From the IMG/VR virus record IMGVR_UViG_3300014914_000538, positions 1 through 24,094 of that record: a DNA stretch of 24,094 nt; one strand, given 5' to 3'. This document shows, one piece after another, positions 16,472 through 23,816 of the stretch (position 1 is its first letter; each line of letters begins with the position of its first letter). Origin of the DNA: a virus. A program made the translations under genes and the position numbers. The notes under the pieces are model-generated. The model saw only the letters and a list, made by a program, of their open reading frames with translations. It made no database searches and was not told the DNA's origin.

Positions 16472-16935
16472 TGAGTATAGTAACTAAGGGACTAGGTGGT
16501 TCTTCTCTTATTACTCAAGGCTATGGCTGGCTTAAATGGATAATTAAAGTTATTAAGAAAATAATTACTAGAGTAATTCCTGTTAGACGAAGAAAGTTCA
16601 GAGAAACAATTAAAGTCTTTGGTGATAAAGTATTTCCCTACAAAAGTTTTGTTTTAGTTAAAGGAGCTCCTTTTTCTCCTTTCTTTTCTAAGTTTCTAAT
16701 TACAGGCTTTCCGTCTTTAAGTTTTAGTAAAAGTCTTTCTTTAATTGGTTCGACTTCTATTCCTTTTGCTCATAAGTTCCCTCTAAGAGGGATCCTTTCT
16801 TATCCCGTAAAAATGGAATTAAGTCTAACGGGAAACTTAGTAGTTAGATTTGAGGAAGAATTAAGTTGTATTGGAAAGAAGGACTTTACTCCTATTCTAT
16901 GGGAGATATTAGATGATGAAGAAGAACTTAAATAA
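16471..16935 (+). CDS. Putative fibre/appendage protein with 14-residue repeats
   Basis: TAATG overlap. N-terminal IVTKGLG..LITQGYG motif, followed by seven repeats with Gly every 14 residues. Confidence 0.55.
   Translation: MSIVTKGLGGSSLITQGYGWLKWIIKVIKKIITRVIPVRRRKFRETIKVFGDKVFPYKSFVLVKGAPFSPFFSKFLITGFPSLSFSKSLSLIGSTSIPFAHKFPLRGILSYPVKMELSLTGNLVVRFEEELSCIGKKDFTPILWEILDDEEELK
16594..16887 (+). repeat. 7 x 14-aa (42-nt) degenerate protein repeat with invariant Gly
   Basis: Gly at residues 51, 65, 79, 93, 107, 121 and 135 of the ORF. Units are KFRETIKVFGDKVF, PYKSFVLVKGAPFS, PFFSKFLITGFPSL, SFSKSLSLIGSTSI, PFAHKFPLRGILSY, PVKMELSLTGNLVV and RFEEELSCIGKKDF. Confidence 0.8.
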
Positions 16936-16937
16936 AA
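16928..16937 (+). promoter_or_regulatory. Archaeal TATA-box-like element TTAAATAAAA overlapping the upstream stop codon
   Basis: Lies 33-42 nt upstream of TTG 16970, with a GGTGA SD at 16959-16963. Confidence 0.55.
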
Positions 16938-16969
16938 ATATTCAATTCTTTAAGAGTAGGTGAGAGATA

Positions 16970-18934
16970 TTGGATATTTCAGACTCATCTGGAATATTTG
17001 ATGTAATTAAAGCTGAGAGAGAACAATTAGAAAGATTATTGAAAACGGCTAAGAATATTACTCATGAGAAAGTAGAGTTTTCTCTTCCTTTTATTTCATT
17101 AGAAGAGAAAAAGGAGAAATTAATAATTTCGGGAGTAGCCTTGACTGAAGGAGTCTGGAAAAATGTTCTTTATCCGAAAGAGGAAATAGCGAAAGCAGTT
17201 AAGAGACTAGAGGGCAAACCTTTGAAAGTTGAACATGGTTTAGATGAACACTTTAAGGATAGAACTGTTGGCAAAGTCTTAGAAACTTATTATGATCCTA
17301 CTCTTAGGTCCTTAATCTTTAAGGCAGAAGTTACAGACCCAGAAGCTATTAAGAAAGTTAAAGATGGAACTTTCCCAGCAGTCTCTTGTTCAACTTGGTT
17401 AGACAAGTTCCCAATTAACTCTGAACAGTCTATAGGCTTTAATTACTTGTTCAACGAACTTTCTCTCGTAAAGTCTCCTGCATGTGATAAGTGTTTCATA
17501 TTTGCAGTAGAAGAACTGTCAAAAAGATTAAATATAAATATTGAAAAGAAAGAGGCAGTGGAAAAAATGTCAGAAAAAGAAGAAAAAGAAGAAGTCCTTG
17601 AAGAATTGAAAACTGAGGAAGAAGAGGAAGAGGAAGAGGAAGAAGAAATCGATCTCTCTGAAATAGAATCACCAAAACTCTATGCTGTTGTTGAACTAGA
17701 AGATCTTTCTGAACTAGAAGAGAATGCAAGAAAGAAAGTAGTGACTTATTACTATGGCTATAGATATCCTTATCCATACTATGGCAAATACCCATATCCA
17801 TACTATCCGTATTACCCATACTATCCTTACAAGCCAAAGAAGAAAAAGAAAGCAAAGAAACCAGAGAAGAAATCTCTTTGGGCTGTCTTAGAACTTGAGA
17901 GTCCTGAAGAAGTAGCAGAACTTAAGAAAAGAGGTAGAAAAGTAGTTTCAGTGTACTATGGCTATTATGGATATCCTTACTACAAATATCCTTACTACGG
18001 CAAAGGGCAATATCCTTACTATGGATATCCTTACTATCCTTACTACGGTAAATATCCAATGCCTAAGTCTGATGCAGACAAAGAAGACGAAGAGGAAGAA
18101 GAGGAAGAAGAAAAAGAAAAAGAAGAGAAACAAGAGAAGGAACCAGAATATAAATGCCCAGAAGGACAAGTTTGGGATCCTGAGCAGAAAAAATGTGTAC
18201 CTAAACCAGAAGAGAAATCAGCAGAAGAAGAACTTTTAGATCTTCTAGAATTAGCAGGTAATTACAAAGACTTTATGAAAAAGTGTATGAAAGAAAAGGC
18301 AGAAGAAATTCCGGATGTTGTTAAGAGAATGAAAGCTTGTGCTGCTGAATGGAAAAAAGAACAGAAGTCTGCTACAATTGAAGAACAAACAGAAGAAATA
18401 ACTAAGTCTCTTGAAGAGAAGTCGGCAACAGATATAAAGGAGTTAGGGAATGAAGTACCTGAGGTTACTAAAATGGAAGAAGCTCCTCAAGAAAAGAAAC
18501 CATGTCCTGAAGAACCTTGTGCTGAAAAGAAAGAGGAAATCAAAGAAGAGACACCAAAGGCAGAAGAAAGTAAACCAGTCGAACCTAAAGTCGAGAAAAC
18601 CGAGGAAATTCAAACAGAAGAGCCTAAACCAGAAGTGAAAGAAGAAATAGAAAAGACAGAACAACCTGTGGAACCTAAACCAGAAGTTAAAAAAGAGGAA
18701 GTAGCAACTCCAAAGGTAGAAGAGCCCAAAGTTGAATCTAAGCCTTCAGAAGAAAAACCCATAGAAGAGAAACCTGCAGAAACTAAGCAAGAAGAAACAG
18801 TCCAAGAAGAAGCTCCAAAAGCTGAAGAGCCTAAAGAAGAAAAGAAAGAACCTACTCCAGAAGAACTAGAGAAATTTGTCAGGGAAAACTACCCTGAGAT
18901 CCTTCTTGAGCTAATCAAGAAGAAAAAATTCTAA
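16970..18934 (+). CDS. Prohead (maturation) protease fused to scaffolding protein
   Basis: The N-terminal ~185 aa carry HK97/assemblin-fold protease motifs (ISGVALTEG, KPLKVEH, FPAVSCS, NELSLVKSPAC). They are followed by acidic, Tyr/Pro-rich and Pro/Glu/Lys-rich low-complexity regions. The gene lies just upstream of the capsid gene. Confidence 0.85.
   Translation: MDISDSSGIFDVIKAEREQLERLLKTAKNITHEKVEFSLPFISLEEKKEKLIISGVALTEGVWKNVLYPKEEIAKAVKRLEGKPLKVEHGLDEHFKDRTVGKVLETYYDPTLRSLIFKAEVTDPEAIKKVKDGTFPAVSCSTWLDKFPINSEQSIGFNYLFNELSLVKSPACDKCFIFAVEELSKRLNINIEKKEAVEKMSEKEEKEEVLEELKTEEEEEEEEEEEIDLSEIESPKLYAVVELEDLSELEENARKKVVTYYYGYRYPYPYYGKYPYPYYPYYPYYPYKPKKKKKAKKPEKKSLWAVLELESPEEVAELKKRGRKVVSVYYGYYGYPYYKYPYYGKGQYPYYGYPYYPYYGKYPMPKSDADKEDEEEEEEEEKEKEEKQEKEPEYKCPEGQVWDPEQKKCVPKPEEKSAEEELLDLLELAGNYKDFMKKCMKEKAEEIPDVVKRMKACAAEWKKEQKSATIEEQTEEITKSLEEKSATDIKELGNEVPEVTKMEEAPQEKKPCPEEPCAEKKEEIKEETPKAEESKPVEPKVEKTEEIQTEEPKPEVKEEIEKTEQPVEPKPEVKKEEVATPKVEEPKVESKPSEEKPIEEKPAETKQEETVQEEAPKAEEPKEEKKEPTPEELEKFVRENYPEILLELIKKKKF
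17675..18058 (+). repeat. Duplicated module ending in Tyr/Pro/Gly-rich tracts
   Basis: KLYAVVELE...RKKVVT-YYYGYRYPYPYYGKYPYPYYPYYPYYPY (17675-17830) and SLWAVLELE...RKVVSV-YYGYYGYPYYKYPYYGKGQYPYYGYPYYPYYGKYP (17873-18058). TATCCTTAC recurs at the DNA level. Confidence 0.9.
18475..18860 (+). repeat. Pro/Glu/Lys-rich low-complexity linker (PKAEE, PVEPKVE, PKPEVKEE, PKVEEPKVE)
   Basis: Imperfect short peptide repeats in the C-terminal part of the scaffold. Confidence 0.75.
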
Positions 18935-18958
18935 GCTTCTCTCTAAAGAGGAAGGACG

Positions 18959-19195
18959 ATGTCAGAAGAAAAATCTCTAGAAGAGCAAATCAAAGAACTT
19001 AAGAAAGCAGTAGAGAGTCTTGTTGAAATCCAAAAAATGCAAATTCAGCAACAGGTTTCTAAACCTTCAAATACAGAAGTAAAAGAAGATCAGCCTAGCA
19101 GAGAAGAAATAGAAGAGATGCTTCGAGAATACGATGTAGCTGAACTCTTGCACTATGCCCTTAAGCATGATCTTATAAAAAGAGGAAGAGAATAG
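18959..19195 (+). CDS. Small coiled-coil protein, probable second (mini) scaffolding protein
   Basis: GAGGAAGG SD. N-terminal heptad pattern (SLEEQIKELKKAVESL). The C-terminal helix resembles the end of the protease-scaffold. It lies between the scaffold and capsid genes. Confidence 0.6.
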   Translation: MSEEKSLEEQIKELKKAVESLVEIQKMQIQQQVSKPSNTEVKEDQPSREEIEEMLREYDVAELLHYALKHDLIKRGRE

Positions 19196-19205
19196 TAAGG
19201 ACTAC

Positions 19206-19217
19206 TTTTAAATATAA
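19206..19217 (+). promoter_or_regulatory. Archaeal TATA-box-like element TTTTAAATATAA for the capsid gene
   Basis: In the 75-nt gap before the MCP start, with a GGTGA SD at 19258-19262. Confidence 0.6.
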
Positions 19218-19270
19218 TTCTTTCTTTCTATATTACGTACTCTTGTAAATATACAAGGGTGAATATAAAA

Positions 19271-20305
19271 ATGAAAAGTTTAGAAGAACTGGCAAGTACA
19301 ATAAGTGTCTCTGCTATCACAGACTTGATACCAAAGGTTATCCTTGATGAAGTAGAAGAAGCTGCAAGGGCTCGTAGATTTGGTCGTAACTTGGTCCGAA
19401 TAAATGAAGACCTTGTTAGGACTAAAGGGCGTTCAATAGTAATTGGACGCAGAGGAACCTTGACAGCTCAAGATGTTTCAGAAGGAACAGAACTATCTAG
19501 CTCCAAAATAACTTATACTTCTAATACAATTACGCCCTCAAAGAAGGGTGTGGCAGTGCACATAACTCAAGAAGCTATAGAAGGCTGTGAACTTAACCTG
19601 ATAAGGGATGCGGTCACAGAAGCAGGAATTGCTTTGGCAGACAAAGAAGACTCTGATATTATGAAAGCATTGCTGGATTATACAGAGGATGCTCATACCT
19701 TTGGAGCTGCAGGAACTGCGACAATATCTGGCGGAGCTCTTGTCTATGTTGAAGAGTCAGAAAGTAACTTTGTAAAGGCAGATTACTATGATGGCAAAAT
19801 AGTTGCTTCAGGTGCTTGTACAATAACTTATTGGCAATCTGCTCATGGTAAGAGTTACTGTGTAGATGCTCTCTCTGAAGGCACTTGGTCAGTGAATGGC
19901 TATAAAGCAATAGTCAAAGCAGTAACAGCAGTTAAAGCAAGAAAATGGCGTCCTCAGTTCATAGTAATTCATCCTAATGCTTTGGGTGGAATTCTGAAGA
20001 GCAATATGTTCATTGATGCTGCTAAATATGGAACTAATGAACCAATAGTCAATGGTGAGATAGGTAAGATAGCTGGTCTGAAAGTCTTGGTTACAACTCA
20101 AATGCCTGATGGAGCTGCTCTAGTTATAGACCCAACCAGAGCTGCTTGGTTTGCAGTAAGAAGAAGGCTAGATATGAAGAGATGGGATAATCCTGCAACT
20201 GACTCGATAGAACTATACTTCTATGTGGAGTATGGTGTCAAGGTAACAGACAAAGATGCTCTGGAACTGATAGTTAACATAACAGACGGTTCAGCTGATC
20301 TTTAA
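19271..20305 (+). CDS. Major capsid protein, HK97 fold
   Basis: LIPKVILDEVEEAAR (N-arm/F-loop), DVSEG (E-loop), TITPSKKGVAVHITQE, IVIHP, GEIGKIAGLKVLVT and YGVKVTD follow the HK97-family motif order. ATG 19271 is preferred because GTG 19259 lies within the SD. Confidence 0.92.
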   Translation: MKSLEELASTISVSAITDLIPKVILDEVEEAARARRFGRNLVRINEDLVRTKGRSIVIGRRGTLTAQDVSEGTELSSSKITYTSNTITPSKKGVAVHITQEAIEGCELNLIRDAVTEAGIALADKEDSDIMKALLDYTEDAHTFGAAGTATISGGALVYVEESESNFVKADYYDGKIVASGACTITYWQSAHGKSYCVDALSEGTWSVNGYKAIVKAVTAVKARKWRPQFIVIHPNALGGILKSNMFIDAAKYGTNEPIVNGEIGKIAGLKVLVTTQMPDGAALVIDPTRAAWFAVRRRLDMKRWDNPATDSIELYFYVEYGVKVTDKDALELIVNITDGSADL

Positions 20306-20333
20306 GCTGCCAGTTAAAAGTTAAATAAAATTT

Positions 20334-20380
20334 AGGTTACGATCCTGTGTGATCGTTTAACCTTTTCTTTTTGTTTTTTC
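20334..20380 (+). terminator. Stem-loop plus T-rich tract after the capsid gene
   Basis: AGGTTACGATC-CTGTGT-GATCG(TT)TAACCT is an 11-bp stem with a 2-nt bulge (20334-20363), immediately followed by TTTCTTTTTGTTTTTTC. Confidence 0.7.
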
Positions 20381-20423
20381 TCCCAAATATTTTAAGTTCT
20401 AATTTGTGTGTTTTCTCATAAGG

Positions 20424-20430
20424 TTTAAAT
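20424..20430 (+). promoter_or_regulatory. Possible TATA-box element TTTAAAT for the neck/tail operon
   Basis: AGGTTTAAAT at 20421-20430 is identical to 12871-12880 and lies 33-39 nt upstream of ATG 20463. Confidence 0.45.
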
Positions 20431-20462
20431 GTGTGGTAGATGAAGTATTTCTAGTGAGGAAG

Positions 20463-21170
20463 ATGTATACTACTCCTCAAGAGATTAGAGACTTATTGGG
20501 TGTTACTATAGAAGATGCACCTGATGATATTCTAGAAGAATTTATAGATAAAGCTCAACACGTAGTAATTAAGTATTGGCAAGTTCAAATTAAAGATGAA
20601 ACCATGACAGGGTCTATAAATGGAAGTAATAATACTTTCTCTGTTTCTAATAAGTTCATAGCAGATACAGACTTTGATAAGAAAATAACTACTAACGATT
20701 TTACTATTTATTTATGGACTGATGAAGATGACCCTGGTTCAAGGGTAGAAGCTACTGTTTCTACTTTTTATCCCGAACATGGGAAATTTGTCTTAAGTTC
20801 TGCACCATCTACTGATGTGGAGAAAATAACTATAGATTATTCCTATTATACTAAAGCTATTGATTGGGATTTAGTTAATTTAGCAACAGCTTATTATGCT
20901 GGAATGCTTTGGGTTGCTAGAGAACAATATCTAGTGCCAGAAACTTTTGCAATTGGTGGGATAAGAGTAAGAAGTGTTCAACCATGGGAAAGATTAAGAG
21001 AAGAGTTCTTTAGAATAGTCAACCAAATAACTTCTGTTCCTATGGACTATGTCAGATATAGAAAAATGGTTCTTGCTCCTAGGATAAAAGGTAGATTCAG
21101 GGGACCAGGGACTGTAGTTGATTATGAAGAAAGTAGAGGTAGGAAACGCTATGTTAAAGATACCACCTAA
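20463..21170 (+). CDS. Head-tail adaptor (HK97 gp6/SPP1 gp15-like) with inserted beta-rich domain
   Basis: MYTTPQEIRDLLG...DDILEEFIDKAQHVV is the typical adaptor N-terminus, and the gene is first after the MCP. The track start at 20406 runs through the promoter region. Confidence 0.7.
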   Translation: MYTTPQEIRDLLGVTIEDAPDDILEEFIDKAQHVVIKYWQVQIKDETMTGSINGSNNTFSVSNKFIADTDFDKKITTNDFTIYLWTDEDDPGSRVEATVSTFYPEHGKFVLSSAPSTDVEKITIDYSYYTKAIDWDLVNLATAYYAGMLWVAREQYLVPETFAIGGIRVRSVQPWERLREEFFRIVNQITSVPMDYVRYRKMVLAPRIKGRFRGPGTVVDYEESRGRKRYVKDTT

Positions 21171-21528
21171 GTATGTCCTTAAGAAAATTCTTCGAAAGGA
21201 AGTTACTCTTACTAAATATTCCTATAGTGATGAAGAAGATGCTTATGGCCAAAGAGGTCGAAGTGTTTCTGGAACTTATACAATTAAAGCTGAAATTCAG
21301 GAAATAACTTCTGAGGACTTAGCTTATGTAGTTCCTGGCACTCTGAGCATAGGAGATGCTTTTGGCTTTTTTCTTCCATCATATTTAGTCCGAGGAAAAA
21401 CAATTAGTATTGAAGCTGAGGACGAAGTTACTTGGAACAGTAAAACTTGGAGAATAGATTCAATAGAAGACTATTATTATGGAGAAAAGATCTGGTACAA
21501 AAGAGCGGTTCTTAAGAGAGTGATCTAA
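21151..21528 (+). CDS. Head-closure/stopper protein (SPP1 gp16-like)
   Basis: EVTLTKY...DAYGQ...TIKAEIQ...EDEVTWNSKTWRIDSIED pattern and gene position. GAGGT SD before ATG 21151. Confidence 0.7.
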   Translation: MLKIPPKYVLKKILRKEVTLTKYSYSDEEDAYGQRGRSVSGTYTIKAEIQEITSEDLAYVVPGTLSIGDAFGFFLPSYLVRGKTISIEAEDEVTWNSKTWRIDSIEDYYYGEKIWYKRAVLKRVI

Positions 21529-22133
21529 TGCCAAGGAAAGTAAGAGTAATCGGGCTAGTACTTAAAGCACGTTATCCTAAACATCTTAAAGAGCCAATTG
21601 CTGAGGCTTATTTTAAAGCTTTCTCTGATTGGATTTATTCTATTTATCCAGAAGTAATTTCTGAAACACCAGTTTATAGTGGGAATAACCCTTCAGTACC
21701 TAAAGGATTAATACGAAAACATTTAAAAATTATAAGAACCACACATGGAAAGTATAAGTATAGAACAATAGGGATTCCAGGAGGAAGTATAAGAGGAAGT
21801 CCTGCTTATCATGCTTTGATGGCTTTACTCTCTCTACATTCTGGGAGAAGAGCAATTACCATTAAAGGAAAGGCAATGACATTCCCATTAGGAACTTTAG
21901 TCTTTAGAAATCCAAAAGTAGCTAGACCACCACCAGGTAAAAAAGGGGCGAAAACATGGGTAATTACAAGAAAGGTCAAACAACCTGCTAGAACAGGAAC
22001 AAATCCTTGGATCTATAGAATTGTAACAAGAAGACATAGAGAAATTCTTAAGTTCTTAGAAAAGGAAATTAAGGTCAAGAAGAGAACTATAATGAGAAGT
22101 AAAAGAGGGAAAGTACAAATTGTGGCTCGTTAA
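21528..22133 (+). CDS. HK97 gp10-like neck/tail-completion protein
   Basis: Basic protein with ETPVYSG...LIRKHL...PAY...KQPARTGTNPWI, fitting the gp10-like pattern. Lies between the stopper and terminator genes. Confidence 0.6.
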   Translation: MPRKVRVIGLVLKARYPKHLKEPIAEAYFKAFSDWIYSIYPEVISETPVYSGNNPSVPKGLIRKHLKIIRTTHGKYKYRTIGIPGGSIRGSPAYHALMALLSLHSGRRAITIKGKAMTFPLGTLVFRNPKVARPPPGKKGAKTWVITRKVKQPARTGTNPWIYRIVTRRHREILKFLEKEIKVKKRTIMRSKRGKVQIVAR

Positions 22134-22614
22134 TCTAACTACAGCTCTTGTCACACATCTGAGAAATAATATGCCAAATCCCCATGGAAGTGGGAATTGG
22201 ATTTACAGTGATTATCCTCGGATGGATGCTACTTTCCCAAGGATATCTGTTACTCAAACAGGAGCTATCTTAAGTCCTGCAGGAATCGGGGATAAAATTT
22301 CTCCAATAACAGAAAGTGGAAGTACATTTACTTTAGCAAAAGTAGCTATGATTGATTATGATATTGATGTTTGGGTTAAGATGAACGATAAAGCAACTTT
22401 TGATTCTACAACTTATGTAGGTACTAAATTGAGAGATTTCCTTGCTGAAAAAGTTATCAGAATCCTCGAGACGGGAAAAGAAACTCTAAAGAATAGTCAT
22501 GGAATTCTGGACATTGAAGAAATTGGAATGTTCTCTCATCCTCTAGATGAAGATAATCTTCTTCATAGAAAAACTATAACTATAAGAATAACAGTATTAT
22601 GGCCGAGGGAATAA
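22120..22614 (+). CDS. Tail terminator/completion protein (SPP1 gp17-like)
   Basis: IYSDYP..ATFPRISVTQ...YDIDVWVK...HRKTITIRI pattern. Lies immediately before the tube genes. Confidence 0.65.
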   Translation: MWLVNLTTALVTHLRNNMPNPHGSGNWIYSDYPRMDATFPRISVTQTGAILSPAGIGDKISPITESGSTFTLAKVAMIDYDIDVWVKMNDKATFDSTTYVGTKLRDFLAEKVIRILETGKETLKNSHGILDIEEIGMFSHPLDEDNLLHRKTITIRITVLWPRE

Positions 22615-22615
22615 A

Positions 22616-23020
22616 ATGCCAGTTTACAAAGGTTGGAACGCAAAGATACTAATAGATGGTACTGAAGTTGGCAAAGTCCAACAAGTAAGAATTGATATAG
22701 ATCATTCTTTAGAAGCTTATTTCGAAGCAGGGAATAGAAGTACCCTTCAAATAGTGGAAGGACCTATGAATATTACTGGCTCTTTCAAAAGAGCTTGGGT
22801 TGATACAACTTATCTAAGTTTGATTTCTGGTTCAGGAAGTCTTTCTTCTTTCGATCTCTATATTCAAGTCTGGAATAAACCTCCAGGGCAGTCACCTAGT
22901 TTTGCATTAGGATTATATGTCTATGACTGTAAATTTAGTAAAGGAACGATTACTATCCCTCAAGAAGGAGTTTTAACTGAAGATTATACTTTCATAGCTA
23001 AATCTGTGGCTGTTGTCTAA
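22616..23020 (+). CDS. Tail tube protein paralogue 1
   Basis: 134 aa. YKGWNAKILIDG.EVG...EAGNR...EG...ITGSF...DCKFS...VLTEDYTFIA fits the tube (XkdM/gp19-like) fold pattern. Confidence 0.7.
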   Translation: MPVYKGWNAKILIDGTEVGKVQQVRIDIDHSLEAYFEAGNRSTLQIVEGPMNITGSFKRAWVDTTYLSLISGSGSLSSFDLYIQVWNKPPGQSPSFALGLYVYDCKFSKGTITIPQEGVLTEDYTFIAKSVAVV

Positions 23021-23811
23021 TGCCAGTTTATAAAGGGTGGAAAGCAAAATTATTCCTTGATGGGATCGAAATAGGATATGTCGAAAACTGGAGATTAGAA
23101 ATAGAGGAAAACTCTGAGACTTATTTTGAAGCTGGAGCAAGGTTCCCTTCAACAATAATTCCTGGAGAACGTTTACTTCAAGGAAGTTTTAAGAAAGCTT
23201 GGGTTAATTCTTATTACTTTAACCTTTTAAATTCATCTAGTACCTTTGAACTAGATCTTGAAGTGGATAAAATGGGTATTTTGGTAGAAAATTGTAAACT
23301 ATCAAAAGGCTCATTCATAGGAGGACAAGGCGGGATAATCACTGAAGACTTTCAATTTATAGCTAAAAGCATTACTCCATATTATTTTTCGGGACAAATG
23401 TTTAAGAATAATTCTTTCGAAACTGGAGATTTCTCTTATTGGTCAAAATCTGGAACTTGGGAAATTGGTGACTTAGGAAAAGATGGAAGTAAATGTGCCG
23501 TAGGTTTTGGTACTTCCTCAATTGAGCAGAATTTTGAAGATATTTATGGAGTTCCTATTCCTGTTAATTTTATTAATGAACTTTATTTTTATGCCCGTAT
23601 TTGCGCAGAAACCTCATATATGAAATGGGTAGCTACCTATAGTGATGGTTCTTCTACCACAAAAGAATTTACTTTATATAACGACTGGACCAAATACAAT
23701 GTGAGACCTCATCTTGTTGAAGGAAAGAAACTATCAAAATTCAAAGTTTGGTGTTGGCATGCTATTGGTCAAAATTGCTTTTATCTAGATTATTTTATTC
23801 TTAATTGTTAA
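23020..23811 (+). CDS. Tail tube protein paralogue 2 fused to a C-terminal carbohydrate-binding-like domain
   Basis: The first ~120 aa align with paralogue 1 (MPVYKGW, YFEAG, GSFKKAWVN, EDFQFIAKS). FKNNSFETGDFSYW from 23398 is the typical start of CBM4/9-like beta-sandwiches. Confidence 0.7.
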   Translation: MPVYKGWKAKLFLDGIEIGYVENWRLEIEENSETYFEAGARFPSTIIPGERLLQGSFKKAWVNSYYFNLLNSSSTFELDLEVDKMGILVENCKLSKGSFIGGQGGIITEDFQFIAKSITPYYFSGQMFKNNSFETGDFSYWSKSGTWEIGDLGKDGSKCAVGFGTSSIEQNFEDIYGVPIPVNFINELYFYARICAETSYMKWVATYSDGSSTTKEFTLYNDWTKYNVRPHLVEGKKLSKFKVWCWHAIGQNCFYLDYFILNC

Positions 23812-23816
23812 GAGCG

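Noticed and set aside
13446-18638. Alternative-frame + strand ORFs 13446-13736, 17958-18239 and 18450-18638
   Set aside because: They are fully nested in larger genes. Their sequences are off-frame readings of low-complexity repeats, with no SD or family motif.
18932-19270. Stop-codon readthrough producing a protease-scaffold-MCP fusion
   Set aside because: The ORFs share a frame, but each junction has two in-frame stops (TAA 18932 and TAA 18944; TAG 19193 and TAA 19196), and both downstream genes have their own SD.
17453-19503. NELS in the protease and TELS in the MCP as further cleavage sites
   Set aside because: NELSLV is a conserved structural motif of the protease fold, and TELS lies within the MCP E-loop region. 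They show the motif can occur without marking a boundary, so they were not counted as support.
2761-21150. Track start codons at 2761, 3946, 4599, 12905, 19259, 20406 and 21118
   Set aside because: The first five are GTG codons formed by the GTGA core of an SD-like motif; 20406 and 21118 extend through promoter or upstream coding sequence. Downstream ATGs with normal SD spacing are more plausible.
788-23155. Thirteen minus-strand ORFs of 60-119 aa in the track (for example 788-1015, 2972-3193, 7853-8038, 17496-17855, 17948-18169, 18443-18664, 19659-19910, 22973-23155)
   Set aside because: All lie antisense to longer, motif-bearing + strand genes. None shows a recognisable motif, and the Phe/Leu-rich ones simply mirror the A-rich Glu/Lys codons of the scaffold.
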